A stretch of 64,000 bases of DNA from an uncultured Bacteroidota bacterium (lineage in GTDB: Bacteria > Bacteroidota > Bacteroidia > Flavobacteriales > BACL11), in assembly GCA_902587125.1 (NCBI GenBank), contig CACIJW010000005.1, positions 8,809-72,808 of the forward strand. Reading direction: 5' to 3'. The notes below the pieces were generated by a model that saw only the letters and a program-made list of their open reading frames with translations, ran no database searches and was not told the DNA's origin. Made by a program: the position numbers and the translations under genes. Shown here one piece after another: positions 20,857 to 31,089 of the stretch. The stretch's first letter is position 1, and each line of letters opens with the position of its first letter.

Positions 20857-21736
20857 TCATCAATTTTAGTATCCTATTTAAATCAATTTCATTATTGAAT
20901 TTTATTTTAATTTCACCACTACCATTTTTTAATTTTTTTATCAAAAAGTTTGAATTAATTTTTTTTTCAAATTCAAATAGGTTTTTTTGAGTGGTGAATG
21001 AGAATTCTAGTTCATTATTTTCAGCTTTTGAAAAATTTTTACTGCGGTAATTTGATTTTGCAAAAACTTTGACTATTTCCTCAACTTCACGAACAGAAAG
21101 CTTTTTATTAACGATGTCGTTATAAATATTTATTTGTTTTTCACTATCAGAGATGTTAATTAGTGGCCTGACATGTCCTATCGAGACTGTCCTTTTCTTT
21201 AAAGCTGACTGTATTTTTATAGGAAGTTTAAGTAATCTTAAATAATTTGCTATTGTTGATCTTTTTTTTCCTACTCTTAAACTACATTCCTCTTGAGTAA
21301 TTTTACACTCTTTTATTAGTCTTTCTAATGAGAGGGCAATTTCTATTGGATTAAGGTTTTGCCTTTGAATATTTTCGACAAGGGCCATTTTAAGCATATT
21401 TTCATCATCCGCAATTCTTACGTATGCAGGGATTTCTTTAAAGTTTATTGATTTACAAGCTTCAAGTCTTCTTTCACCTGAAATTAATTGATATTTATTA
21501 GAATTAACTTGTCTGACAGTTATTGGTTGAATAATCCCCATGTCTTTAATGGAAATAGCCAGTTCAGAAATTTTTTCGGAATTAAACTCCTCTCTTGGTT
21601 GAAATGGATTTTTTTCTATTTCTGAAATGAGAATTTGTTTTACCATACCTCTGCTAATTAGGTCTTCATCAATTTTTTTTGAATTTCCTAATATTGCAGA
21701 AAGACCTCTTCCTAGTACGTTTGAGTTTTTTTTCAT
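20849..21736 (-). CDS. parB: Chromosome partitioning protein ParB
   Basis: LGRGLSAIL, NPFQPR, GIIQPITV, LISGERRL, ALVENIQRQNLNPIE, RSTIANYLRLL. Confidence 0.96.
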   Translation of the reverse strand: MKKNSNVLGRGLSAILGNSKKIDEDLISRGMVKQILISEIEKNPFQPREEFNSEKISELAISIKDMGIIQPITVRQVNSNKYQLISGERRLEACKSINFKEIPAYVRIADDENMLKMALVENIQRQNLNPIEIALSLERLIKECKITQEECSLRVGKKRSTIANYLRLLKLPIKIQSALKKRTVSIGHVRPLINISDSEKQINIYNDIVNKKLSVREVEEIVKVFAKSNYRSKNFSKAENNELEFSFTTQKNLFEFEKKINSNFLIKKLKNGSGEIKIKFNNEIDLNRILKLMNE

Positions 21737-22503
21737 TAATATTTATTCTTATTCAAAATTTCGTTTGCTAAGTTTAAATAATTTACTGCTCCTTTACTAC
21801 TTGCATCATGCATTATTATGGTTTTCCCATGAGAGGGAGATTCACTGAGTTTTACATTTCTGTGAATAATTGTATCGAAAACAAGATCTTGAAAATGTTT
21901 TTTTACATCATCAACTACTTGATTAGAAAGTCTGAGTCTTGTGTCATACATTGTTAACAACAAGCCTTCAATGGATAAATTTTTATTCAACCTTTGCTGA
22001 ACTATTTTAATAGTGTTCAAAAGTTTACCAAGGCCCTCTAAAGCAAAGTATTCACACTGAATGGGGATTATTACAGAATTAGATGCTGTAAGAGCATTAA
22101 TTGTCAAAATACCTAATGATGGTGCACAATCAATAATAATGTAATCGTAATCAATTTCTATTCTTTCCAGGCAGCCTTTTAATGTATTTTCTCTATCCTT
22201 AAGATTTATCATTTCTATTTCTGCACCTACCAAATCAATGCAAGAAGGAATAATGTATAGATTAGGACTATTAGTTTTAATGATGTCGGATTTCTTAATT
22301 TCTGCACTTGATAAGCAACTGTAAATATTGGGCGATTTTATATTTGGGTCAAGTCCCAAGCCTGAGGTTGAATTGGCTTGAGGATCAGCATCAATAATTA
22401 ATATTTTTTTTTCTAATACGCCTAAGCTAGCTGCTAGATTTATCGCAGTTGTTGTCTTACCAACACCACCTTTCTGATTTGAAATTGAAATAATTTTTGC
22501 CAT
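21736..22503 (-). CDS. parA: Chromosome partitioning ATPase ParA/Soj
   Basis: NQKGGVGKTT, DADPQANST, IIDCAPSLG, QCEYFALEGL, RNVKLSESPS. Confidence 0.97.
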   Translation of the reverse strand: MAKIISISNQKGGVGKTTTAINLAASLGVLEKKILIIDADPQANSTSGLGLDPNIKSPNIYSCLSSAEIKKSDIIKTNSPNLYIIPSCIDLVGAEIEMINLKDRENTLKGCLERIEIDYDYIIIDCAPSLGILTINALTASNSVIIPIQCEYFALEGLGKLLNTIKIVQQRLNKNLSIEGLLLTMYDTRLRLSNQVVDDVKKHFQDLVFDTIIHRNVKLSESPSHGKTIIMHDASSKGAVNYLNLANEILNKNKY

Positions 22504-22583
22504 CTATATAAGTAATAAATATACTGTCTTAAAGGCAAATATTTAATAGCTATATCAAATAAATTATTAACAAGTTGAAAATA

Positions 22584-22949
22584 CTAGCTATCCTCAGTAT
22601 TGTCAATTTCGTCTAAATTTACTTCGGTAAAATCACTTGAGCTAGATTGTTCAGAGGTTTTTTTAGATTTTTTTTCGTCATTAGTAATTATATCTTCTCC
22701 TTTTTGCTCAAAAATATAATTTGTGACCTCTTCGAGATTTTCTTTAAAATTTATAAAGTCTTCTTTATAGAGATAAATTTTATGTTTTTTGTAATATGGA
22801 GTCCCATCTTCATTGAAATCTCTCTTACTCTCAGTAATGGTCATGTAGTAATCACCAGCCCTTGTTGATCTAACATCAAAAAAATAAGTTCTTCTTCCTG
22901 CTCTTAATGATTTAGAAAATATTTCTTCAATTTCTCTTTTTTCAGACAT
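22584..22949 (-). CDS. PUR-family DNA/RNA-binding protein (DUF3276-like)
   Basis: IFSKSLRAGRRTYFFDV..DYYMTITESK..HKIYLYKEDF. Confidence 0.8.
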   Translation of the reverse strand: MSEKREIEEIFSKSLRAGRRTYFFDVRSTRAGDYYMTITESKRDFNEDGTPYYKKHKIYLYKEDFINFKENLEEVTNYIFEQKGEDIITNDEKKSKKTSEQSSSSDFTEVNLDEIDNTEDS

Positions 22950-22966
22950 TTGAGTAGTGTTTTTAA

Positions 22967-22974
22967 CAAATATA
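22967..22974 (-). promoter_or_regulatory. -7 promoter element (TATATTTG) for the PUR-family gene
   Basis: Exact TAnnTTTG 17 nt before the ATG. Confidence 0.55.
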
Positions 22975-22979
22975 ATAAA

Positions 22980-24737
22980 TTATGAGACATTTGTCTTATT
23001 ATGCAATTGATTTGTGAACATTTTAAAGTAGAATCCATTCTTTTTGATTAAATCTGTGTGCTTTCCTGATTCAATAATTTTACCCTCATCTAAAACTAAA
23101 ATATTATCACATTTTACTAAGCTCATTATTCTGTGACTGACAATTATTGATGTTGTCATTGATTTAAGTTTATTTAAAGTTTTAACAATTTTTCTTTCAG
23201 TTATAGAATCAACAGCAGAAAGACAATCGTCAAATATAAAGATGTCAGGTTTTGTATAGAATGCTCTAGCAATTGAAATTCTTTGTTTTTGACCACCCGA
23301 AAGTTGAACCCCTCTCTCTCCAATTTTAGTCTTGTATTTATTAGGAAATTTTTTTATTTCCTCATCAATTGCTGCGTTTTCTGTAGAAAGATTTAATTTC
23401 TTTCTGTCAATTTTACTAGAACTGTAAGAGATATTTTCTTCAATTGAACCAGAAAATAAGTATCCGTCTTGAGGTACATATCCAAATTTTCTTCTTAGAC
23501 TTTCTAGTTCGTATTCATGAATGGGTTTTTTATTAAATAATATGTCTCCTTTTGATAAATCATAATTTCTTGTAATAAGAGCTAGAATTGTTGATTTGCC
23601 TGAACCAGTTTTGCCAAAAATTCCAAGAGTTTCACCTTTTTTTAGCTTAAAAGAAATATCTTCAAGCGCATAGTTCTTAGATTTTTCATACCTAAAAAAA
23701 ACATTTTTAAATTCAATTTCATTTACCGAAACTATTTTTTGTTTACCAAAATTTTTTATTGTTGAATCATCACTTAAAAATTCATTGATTCTCTTTTGTG
23801 AAGCTTCTGCTCTTTGAATTAACGAAGTTAGCCAACCAACTGATGCAACTGGCCATGAAAGCATATTAACATAAATTATGAATTCAGCAATTGTACCAGT
23901 TGTAATATTTCCTTTTGAAGCTTCAATTCCTCCGATATAAATAGTCAGTAAAGTGCTCGTTCCAATTAACGTTACAATTAGAGGATAAAAAAGTGCTTCT
24001 ATTTTAATTAGATCAAGCTGTTTTTTGATGTATTTGTCACAATTATTTCTAAATTTTTTTAAACTTAATTTTTCATATGCAAAAGATTTTAATATGTAAA
24101 TCCCAGAGTAATTTTCTTGAGCAATGCTAGTTATTCTGGATAATTGTTTTTGCACTTTGTCACTCTTAAAGTTGATTTTAGAGCTTACAAAAAAAACAGA
24201 AATAGCTAGTATGGGTAATGGCGCAAGAACATACAGTGATAAAACTTTACTAATAGAAAACATTTTAAAAATAACTAATGAAAATAAGACTGAAATATTA
24301 ATAAAGTACATAATTGCAGGTCCCAGATACATTCTAACTCTACTAACATCCTCTGAAATTCTGTTCATTAGGTCACCAGTGTTATTTTTACTGTAAAAAC
24401 TCATACTTAAGCTTTGATATTTGCGATAAATCTCGTTTTTCAGATCAAATTCAATTTTCCTAGACATTACAATTATAGTTTGTCTCATTAAAAACATGAA
24501 AACTCCTTTGCCTAATGAAAATAAAAGAATTAGTGTACTGTATTTTATTATATCAGATTTTATATCATTAAAGTTGTTTGTTTGTTTTAAAGATGCAAGA
24601 ACTTTGTCAAGAGCTACCTTGACAAATTCAGCTGGATACAGAGCAAAAAAATTTGACATGGTAACAAATATTAATCCAGTAATTAATAAAAACCTGTATT
24701 TAAAAAAAAATTTGTTTAGGTATTTGAGTGCTTTCAA
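22980..24737 (-). CDS. ABC exporter, fused permease and ATPase
   Basis: Six TM segments, then GKTGSGKS, LSGGQKQR, IFDDCLSAVD, VSHR. Confidence 0.93.
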   Translation of the reverse strand: MKALKYLNKFFFKYRFLLITGLIFVTMSNFFALYPAEFVKVALDKVLASLKQTNNFNDIKSDIIKYSTLILLFSLGKGVFMFLMRQTIIVMSRKIEFDLKNEIYRKYQSLSMSFYSKNNTGDLMNRISEDVSRVRMYLGPAIMYFINISVLFSLVIFKMFSISKVLSLYVLAPLPILAISVFFVSSKINFKSDKVQKQLSRITSIAQENYSGIYILKSFAYEKLSLKKFRNNCDKYIKKQLDLIKIEALFYPLIVTLIGTSTLLTIYIGGIEASKGNITTGTIAEFIIYVNMLSWPVASVGWLTSLIQRAEASQKRINEFLSDDSTIKNFGKQKIVSVNEIEFKNVFFRYEKSKNYALEDISFKLKKGETLGIFGKTGSGKSTILALITRNYDLSKGDILFNKKPIHEYELESLRRKFGYVPQDGYLFSGSIEENISYSSSKIDRKKLNLSTENAAIDEEIKKFPNKYKTKIGERGVQLSGGQKQRISIARAFYTKPDIFIFDDCLSAVDSITERKIVKTLNKLKSMTTSIIVSHRIMSLVKCDNILVLDEGKIIESGKHTDLIKKNGFYFKMFTNQLHNKTNVS

Positions 24738-24753
24738 TGTAATTTTTGAATAA

Positions 24754-24761
24754 CAAAAATA
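24754..24761 (-). promoter_or_regulatory. -7 promoter element (TATTTTTG) for the ABC exporter
   Basis: Exact TAnnTTTG 16 nt before the TTG start. Confidence 0.5.
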
Positions 24762-24917
24762 ATAACTAAATTCGCGAACTACTAAAAATTGAATTAAATT
24801 CTAATAGAATTAAAAATTTTTAATGGCGTTTCAGTTTAAGAAAAAATCATTTTTTAAGGCTATTTTAACATTACGTTTACTGCAATTTGTTATTGTAGCT
24901 CAATCAAGCACAAAAGC

Positions 24918-25832
24918 ATGCTAAATAGAAGACAAATAAGACTTAAAGTAATGCAGTCATTATACTCATATTATTGTTTGTCAAATTTAAAAGAAAAGGA
25001 GAGAAAAGAACATTTATTTGATGTGTCTCAGCTAATTAGCTTATTTTATCTTTTGATTAAAATACTTATAAGAACATCCAATTTTTCTAAAGATTTTCAT
25101 GCATCAAATAAAAAAAAGTTTTTCCCAACTGAAAAAGATTTAAATCCAAACTATAATTTTTTTGAAAATAAGTTTTTAAAAATTTTTAAAAATGATGATT
25201 TTAATAATTACTTTAAAGAAATAAATGAAATCAGTGAAAAATTAAATAGTAATCATGATTTAGATAGAAAAATTTTTATTGAAATCTATAAAAGTGAATT
25301 CTATTTAAACTACACCAAATCAAATAAAACTACATACAAAACAGACGCAAACTTCATTATACAAGTTTTAAAAAATATTTTTCCACAATATTCTTTTTTG
25401 AAAGAGCTATTGTTTGAAGAAAACGTATACTGGATTGATGATTATGAAGCTGTGATAATTTTTTTAATTAATAAAATAAAAAATAATGATAAAGTAGAAT
25501 CTTTTAAGATTTCTACTCCATTTAAAAACAATGATGATAAATCTTATTTTACATTCCTTTTTGAAAAAACAATTGAAAAAAACAAAGATTTTGATAAAAT
25601 TATTGAGAAAAATTCCGCTAACTGGGATTTGGAAAGAATAGCGTCAATTGATATGATACTCTTAAAAATGGGCTTAACAGAGTTTTTCTTTCTAGAAGAT
25701 CTTCCGTATAAAGTAACTTTAAACGAATATATTGAAATTTCAAAATCCTATAGCACTAAAAAAAGTAGTAAGTTTATAAATGGTGTATTAGATAATATTT
25801 TAATATCATCTGATGAAATACGTAAAAAGTGA
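24918..25832 (+). CDS. nusB: Transcription antitermination factor NusB (long Bacteroidota form)
   Basis: MLNRRQIRLKVMQSLY; C-terminal NWDLERIASID..VTLNEYIEISKSYS..FINGVLD. Confidence 0.9.
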   Translation: MLNRRQIRLKVMQSLYSYYCLSNLKEKERKEHLFDVSQLISLFYLLIKILIRTSNFSKDFHASNKKKFFPTEKDLNPNYNFFENKFLKIFKNDDFNNYFKEINEISEKLNSNHDLDRKIFIEIYKSEFYLNYTKSNKTTYKTDANFIIQVLKNIFPQYSFLKELLFEENVYWIDDYEAVIIFLINKIKNNDKVESFKISTPFKNNDDKSYFTFLFEKTIEKNKDFDKIIEKNSANWDLERIASIDMILLKMGLTEFFFLEDLPYKVTLNEYIEISKSYSTKKSSKFINGVLDNILISSDEIRKK

Positions 25833-26257
25833 AATTTAGAAGTACCATAATTTTCTTTCTTTATTTTCTTTCTTGCAATTTAAATGAATCTGCAAATAAG
25901 AATCACATTTATATTCCCTCTAAAAATAATAATAGATCAAATTTTGATCAACCCAATATTAAGTTTTCGAAGCTAGAACTTAATTTTGGAATTGTAAATA
26001 AAGGTCAGGTTATTTCAAGATATATTACTTTTAAAAATGATGGGAAAAGAGATTTAGTTATTTCGAATGTTAAATCAAGCTGTGGTTGTACTATAGTTAA
26101 CTGGCCAAAGAATCCCATAGCGCCAAATAATTCAGATAGTTTATTGCTTGAGTTAAATACAAGCTCACTAAACGGAAAAGTTATGAAAACTGTTACTATT
26201 ATTTCAAATTCCAAACCTAACACAAAAGTTATAACAATTAATGCTCAAATAAATTAA
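25829..26257 (+). CDS. DUF1573-domain lipoprotein
   Basis: Lipobox FLSC; FKNDG..LVISNVKSSCGCT..PIAP..K.VTIISN. Confidence 0.8.
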   Translation: MKFRSTIIFFLYFLSCNLNESANKNHIYIPSKNNNRSNFDQPNIKFSKLELNFGIVNKGQVISRYITFKNDGKRDLVISNVKSSCGCTIVNWPKNPIAPNNSDSLLLELNTSSLNGKVMKTVTIISNSKPNTKVITINAQIN

Positions 26258-26259
26258 AC

Positions 26260-26550
26260 ATGATAATAAATATAAATCAAGATCTCACAAATGGGGGATA
26301 CACAACACTAATATTCTTCTTAATTATATTCATAATAATGTACTTTTTTATGATTAGACCTCAGATAAAAAAGCAGAAAAAAGCAGAAAATTATAGAGAC
26401 TCATTAAAAAAAGGTGACAAAATTGTAACAATAGGTGGTATTCATGGAAAAATCTTGGATGTGTCAAAAAACACTTTTACCATTGACACTGGTTTTGACA
26501 GAAAATTGAAAATTGAAAAAAGTGCAGTTTCTTCAACCAATCTCAAATAA
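26260..26550 (+). CDS. yajC: Preprotein translocase subunit YajC
   Basis: MYFFMIRPQ.KKQK..LKKGDKIVTIGGIHG. Confidence 0.95.
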   Translation: MIININQDLTNGGYTTLIFFLIIFIIMYFFMIRPQIKKQKKAENYRDSLKKGDKIVTIGGIHGKILDVSKNTFTIDTGFDRKLKIEKSAVSSTNLK

Positions 26551-26553
26551 ATC

Positions 26554-27564
26554 TTAATCTAGCAAATCAAGTTTTGTTATTATTGGATAATGGTCTGAGT
26601 ACTCATTATTATCTAGAACATAGCTTTGAGTTCTAAAGTTATTATCATGCAAAATGTAATCTATTCTCGTAAATGGAATTTTAACATAACTTTTTCCTAT
26701 TCCTTTTCCACATTCTCGAAAAGTATCAAAAAAGTCTTTAGCAATTAATCTATAAGTGAAGGACAGAGGTGTATCATTTAAATCAGCACAAATAATTTTT
26801 TTGTGTTTTAAAGTTTTGATGTAATCTCTAAAGAAATTTGCTTGACTTGATCTGAGAATATAAGAATCTTTCATTTTTGAAATAATTTCAAAAAAACTTT
26901 TTTTATCAATTTCCAATTTATTAATTACATTGTATTCTTCTTCTTCGAACCAATTTGATGCTAAATGTATATTCAAGATACTTACAGTGTCATTATTAAT
27001 CAAAACATCTACTTTTGTGCCAATTATATTTTTTTCTAAATCTTGTATGTAGTCTTTTTTAATGATAGGATATTTGCTAGCCGTCAGAAAATTTTCCTTT
27101 ACGTATTCATACTTATATTCTAGTTTATTTTTTTTTGAGTTATCGAACTCTTGAAAACATGCAACATCTGAATCATATTTCTTAACAAGTTTAAAAATTT
27201 TAGAGTCAATATCCTTTTGGTCAATCCAATTATATTTATTTAACATTCTTGTGTTGTATGTCAAAATTGAAATATCTGAACTTGAATTTTTAACATTTTT
27301 TGTACCTATGTGATTGCTTAAATGATTAATACCTAAAACAATTATAATGAGATTGGCCCAAAGAGGTCTTTTTAGTCTTATAATCCAATAAGCTAAAAAG
27401 ATTGAAAGAATTATTAATAAAATTGGATATGCTAATCCAAAGAAAGAAATAGGCCAAAATATTTTTGGATTAACGTAGGGTGATAAATAGCTTAATATCA
27501 TTATGAAAATGAAGGCTGAATTAATCAAGTAGATTATTTTGTCAATGAAGTTTAATTTTTTCAT
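26554..27564 (-). CDS. Membrane-anchored endonuclease/exonuclease/phosphatase family protein
   Basis: N-terminal TM helices; TYN, CFQE, NIHLAS, ADLNDTP, RIDYI, SDHYP. Confidence 0.85.
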   Translation of the reverse strand: MKKLNFIDKIIYLINSAFIFIMILSYLSPYVNPKIFWPISFFGLAYPILLIILSIFLAYWIIRLKRPLWANLIIIVLGINHLSNHIGTKNVKNSSSDISILTYNTRMLNKYNWIDQKDIDSKIFKLVKKYDSDVACFQEFDNSKKNKLEYKYEYVKENFLTASKYPIIKKDYIQDLEKNIIGTKVDVLINNDTVSILNIHLASNWFEEEEYNVINKLEIDKKSFFEIISKMKDSYILRSSQANFFRDYIKTLKHKKIICADLNDTPLSFTYRLIAKDFFDTFRECGKGIGKSYVKIPFTRIDYILHDNNFRTQSYVLDNNEYSDHYPIITKLDLLD

Positions 27565-28361
27565 TTTTTACTTTGTTCAAATAATTTATTTTTTTCCACT
27601 TTGGTTAGACTTTCAAAACCTGATTGAGAAATCTTTTCTAAGATATCATCAACTTCCCTATCATTAATTCTCTTTTTGTCTCTAAATATTTGATCGTTTG
27701 TCAACGAGCTTCGTTTGATTTGAATCTCTCTTTTATTTGAAAGGTGAAATAAGAAACTAAATGTGATAGCTCCAATATGAGATATATTACCACCAGTATT
27801 AAATTTTGATATACTAACTAATGAAAATAATGCAATGATTATTAGAAGGTACTTGCTACTAATTTGTAAGAAATAAAAATTTATTTGATTATTTGGATAT
27901 TTAAATGTGTAATAAGAAAACAATCCAATTATTGCACTTGAAGAGCCAATTAAAACCGTATTTTCTATCTGTGTTTCAAGTATTGGAAACATATTATAGA
28001 AAAGTATAAATAACAAGCCGCTAAAAATTCCTGAAAGAAAAAAAATAGTAATGATTTTAAATTCTCGATTACTTTTTAAATAAAGATTTCTAACAATTAA
28101 GAAAAAAAACAAATTAATAAAAAGATGAAAAATATTTTCATGTACAAAAATGTATGTAAAGATACTCCAGGGTTTTTTTAAGAAAGTATTTATCTCAGCA
28201 GGAACAGCAAGTGCACCTATTGGATTTAAGTTGAAATCATACTGCATAAGAAAAATTGAGATTTTAGAGATTTCACTAACAATAAAAATTATGATCATTA
28301 TTACAGAGAGTGCATAAAATTTATCTCTTTTAGGGCTAAAAAATCTTTTTAAAACATTCAT
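27561..28361 (-). CDS. Rhomboid family intramembrane protease (second copy, with C-terminal soluble tail)
   Basis: KPWSIFTYIFVH..FHLFIN, LIGSSSA, GNISHIGA; tail VDDILEKISQSGFESLT. Confidence 0.8.
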   Translation of the reverse strand: MNVLKRFFSPKRDKFYALSVIMIIIFIVSEISKISIFLMQYDFNLNPIGALAVPAEINTFLKKPWSIFTYIFVHENIFHLFINLFFFLIVRNLYLKSNREFKIITIFFLSGIFSGLLFILFYNMFPILETQIENTVLIGSSSAIIGLFSYYTFKYPNNQINFYFLQISSKYLLIIIALFSLVSISKFNTGGNISHIGAITFSFLFHLSNKREIQIKRSSLTNDQIFRDKKRINDREVDDILEKISQSGFESLTKVEKNKLFEQSKK

Positions 28362-29089
28362 TAATAAAAACTTGTTTTATTTTTTTGCCAGTATTTCAAG
28401 AGTATATAACCAAAAATCATACCTCCAAGATGAGCAAAGTGAGCAACATTGTCATTAGGATTATTCAAAATAGCAAGATACAGTTCTATAATAGCATATA
28501 TGATAATGAAATATTTCGCTTTAATAGGAAATGCAAAGTAAATGTATAGCAAAGTATTAGGAAATAATAAGCCAAATGCAAGCAAAACACCAAAAACAGC
28601 ACCAGAGGCTCCAACAGTAGGAACATTTATGAGTAAATTAAGTTTAGACATTGAACTATTAATATAATTTTGCCTATTCTGCAAAATATTAGCACCGTTT
28701 TCTATTACTGTATTAATATCGCTTATATTCATTTCAAGCATGAGATTAGATATTTTTAGCTGAGTAACTAAAATGTGCAGTAAGGCTGCTCCCAACGCGG
28801 TAACAAAGTAGTATATGAGAAATCTTTTGGGTCCCCATATATTTTCTAAAGTTTTACCAAACATCCATAGTGCAAACATGTTAAAAAACAAATGAGGTAT
28901 GCTTCCGTGCATGAAAAAATGTGTTATTAGCTGGTGTGGGTAAAATTTTGAGGACTGAATTTGATGTAGCCCAAAATAGTCAACCAAGTTTATACCCAAA
29001 CTTGCTAGAGAAACAGTAGCTACATAAAAAATTATATTTATAATGATAATATTTTTAACTAAGGCAGGTAATTCATTAAATTGAAACAT
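28361..29089 (-). CDS. Rhomboid family intramembrane serine protease
   Basis: THFFMHGS..HLFFNM, VGASGAVFG (catalytic Ser), AHFAHLGG (catalytic His). Confidence 0.92.
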   Translation of the reverse strand: MFQFNELPALVKNIIIINIIFYVATVSLASLGINLVDYFGLHQIQSSKFYPHQLITHFFMHGSIPHLFFNMFALWMFGKTLENIWGPKRFLIYYFVTALGAALLHILVTQLKISNLMLEMNISDINTVIENGANILQNRQNYINSSMSKLNLLINVPTVGASGAVFGVLLAFGLLFPNTLLYIYFAFPIKAKYFIIIYAIIELYLAILNNPNDNVAHFAHLGGMIFGYILLKYWQKNKTSFY

Positions 29090-30819
29090 TATGGTTTAAT
29101 TATTTTACTAATAAGTTCAGTTGTTAGTGATTCCCAAATTCTTGTGCCTGAGGGGCAAAATTTTTGGTTCTTACATTTGTGAAAGCTTACATATAGCGCT
29201 TCCATCTCCAAGCTGGAGAGTTTGCTCTTTGGTTTGTAGGCATTTCGTTTGCAAAGTTTCTTGGCTATTTCTATTTTAAAATCTGTTTCTAAGCTAGTGT
29301 TGTTAATTTTTGATTCAATAAAATCTTCAAAGTATTCTCTAATCTTACTTTCATCGCAGTTGGATGGAATTGCTATAACTGACAACATTTTTTCTTTTAA
29401 CACATACTTAAATCCAAATTTATTTAAAGAACTTTTAATTTCTTCAATAGTTGATAGTTCACTATCACTAAAAAATAAATCAATGGGAAATATGAGATTT
29501 ACAGAATTATTTTCTGCATTAAAACTAAGATAGTTTTCATACAATACTCTTTTATGCATTTTTCTTATGCTAAAGATTTTTAAGCTATCAAATTCAATTG
29601 AAATCATAAAGTTTTCAATTTGAAACAAATCGTTTTCAGCCTTAGAATCAATAAAATCACTTGTCTCGGAAAACAAATTATTTAGAAGATTAGAGCTTGT
29701 ATTTTGAGAATCATTCTTGAACGGGTTATAGTTTTTATCTATTTTAATTGTAGGGGCAGAAATTTTATTAGGTTTACGGTCTAATTCATTAAAAAAAGCT
29801 TGATCTAGATTAAAATCAATTGAGGGGATTAAATTATATTGAGCTAGTGATTTTTTGACAGCTGATCTTAAAATAGAATAAATTGATTTTTCGTCAGAAA
29901 ATTTGATTTCAGTTTTATTAGGATGTATATTAACATCAATTTGTGAGGGATTAATTTCAAAATTAATGTAGAAAGTGGGAATTTTTTTTTCATCAATCAA
30001 TCCTTTGAATGCAGATTTTATTGCATGTGAAAGATAATTGCTTTTAAAAAATCTTTTATTAACAAAAAGATATTGTTCTCCTCTAGTTTTTTTTGCCAGC
30101 TCAGGTTTTGCAATATATCCAAAAATTTTAACTATGCTAGTTTCTTCATTTACAGGAACATAATTGTTATTTATTTTTAGGTTATTTACTTCTAATATTC
30201 TGTTCAAGAGTTTAGCTTTCTGTAGCTTAAAGATTTCTTTCCCATTTTCATAGCAAACAAAATTTATTTCATTGTTAATAATTGCAACTCTTTTAAATTC
30301 TTCAATTATATGCTTAGATTCAATTTTTTCAGATTTGAGAAATTTTTTTCTGGCAGGTAAATTGAAGAAAATATTTTCAACTTTGATGGACGTTCCTTGT
30401 TGTGCATTAAATGGCTCAGCTTTTTGTTTCTTTCCAGAACTAAATAAAACTCTATTGCCAATATCATGACCTTTGGATTTAGTTTTAATTTCCATAACAG
30501 AGATTTCTGAAATAGAAGCTAAAGCTTCGCCCCTAAAACCCATTGTTTTTATGTTATTGAGATCCTGAGATGTTTTTATTTTAGAGGTTGCATGCCTCTT
30601 GACGCATAAGTTTAAATCATCTATATCCATGCCACAACCGTTGTCAGAAACCTGAAACATCTTATTACCTCCAGAGTAAAACGATAAAATAATTTCATCT
30701 GCTTGCGAGTCAATAGAATTTTCTAAAAGTTCTTTAACAGCTGAAGCAGGTCTTTGAACAACCTCACCGGCTGCTATTTTGTTTGCAACCTGACTTTCTA
30801 GTATTTTAATTACACCCAA
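29089..30819 (-). CDS. mutL: DNA mismatch repair protein MutL
   Basis: IAAGEVVQRPASAVKELLENSID, DNGCGM, RHATSKI, TMGFRGEALASI, DVNIHPNKTE. Confidence 0.95.
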   Translation of the reverse strand: MGVIKILESQVANKIAAGEVVQRPASAVKELLENSIDSQADEIILSFYSGGNKMFQVSDNGCGMDIDDLNLCVKRHATSKIKTSQDLNNIKTMGFRGEALASISEISVMEIKTKSKGHDIGNRVLFSSGKKQKAEPFNAQQGTSIKVENIFFNLPARKKFLKSEKIESKHIIEEFKRVAIINNEINFVCYENGKEIFKLQKAKLLNRILEVNNLKINNNYVPVNEETSIVKIFGYIAKPELAKKTRGEQYLFVNKRFFKSNYLSHAIKSAFKGLIDEKKIPTFYINFEINPSQIDVNIHPNKTEIKFSDEKSIYSILRSAVKKSLAQYNLIPSIDFNLDQAFFNELDRKPNKISAPTIKIDKNYNPFKNDSQNTSSNLLNNLFSETSDFIDSKAENDLFQIENFMISIEFDSLKIFSIRKMHKRVLYENYLSFNAENNSVNLIFPIDLFFSDSELSTIEEIKSSLNKFGFKYVLKEKMLSVIAIPSNCDESKIREYFEDFIESKINNTSLETDFKIEIAKKLCKRNAYKPKSKLSSLEMEALYVSFHKCKNQKFCPSGTRIWESLTTELISKIIKP

Positions 30820-30825
30820 TGTTTA

Positions 30826-31029
30826 CTAATTTAATAACAGATATAAAAATAAAAATAATAGACTAACTAATAGTAGTAATTGTGATTTATTAATTTTGTT
30901 ATTCTTTGTTAGTATTTCTCTTTTTTTGAAAACAATTTTTTTCTTAGTTGATTCACTTTTTTTTGTTTGAAACCTTGGACTATAATTGAACTTTTTGTTC
31001 TTTTTGTTCTTGACGAAAGAAATTTTCAT
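30826..31029 (-). CDS. Small basic protein with C-terminal TM helix, upstream of mutL
   Basis: 67-aa ORF, KKFNYSPRF motif and hydrophobic C-terminus; ends 6 nt before the mutL start. Confidence 0.65.
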   Translation of the reverse strand: MKISFVKNKKNKKFNYSPRFQTKKSESTKKKIVFKKREILTKNNKINKSQLLLLVSLLFLFLYLLLN

Positions 31030-31089
31030 TTTTGATAAATTATGTTTCTTTTTAAATAAGTATAAACTTAGTTATATTAAATTTACAAA

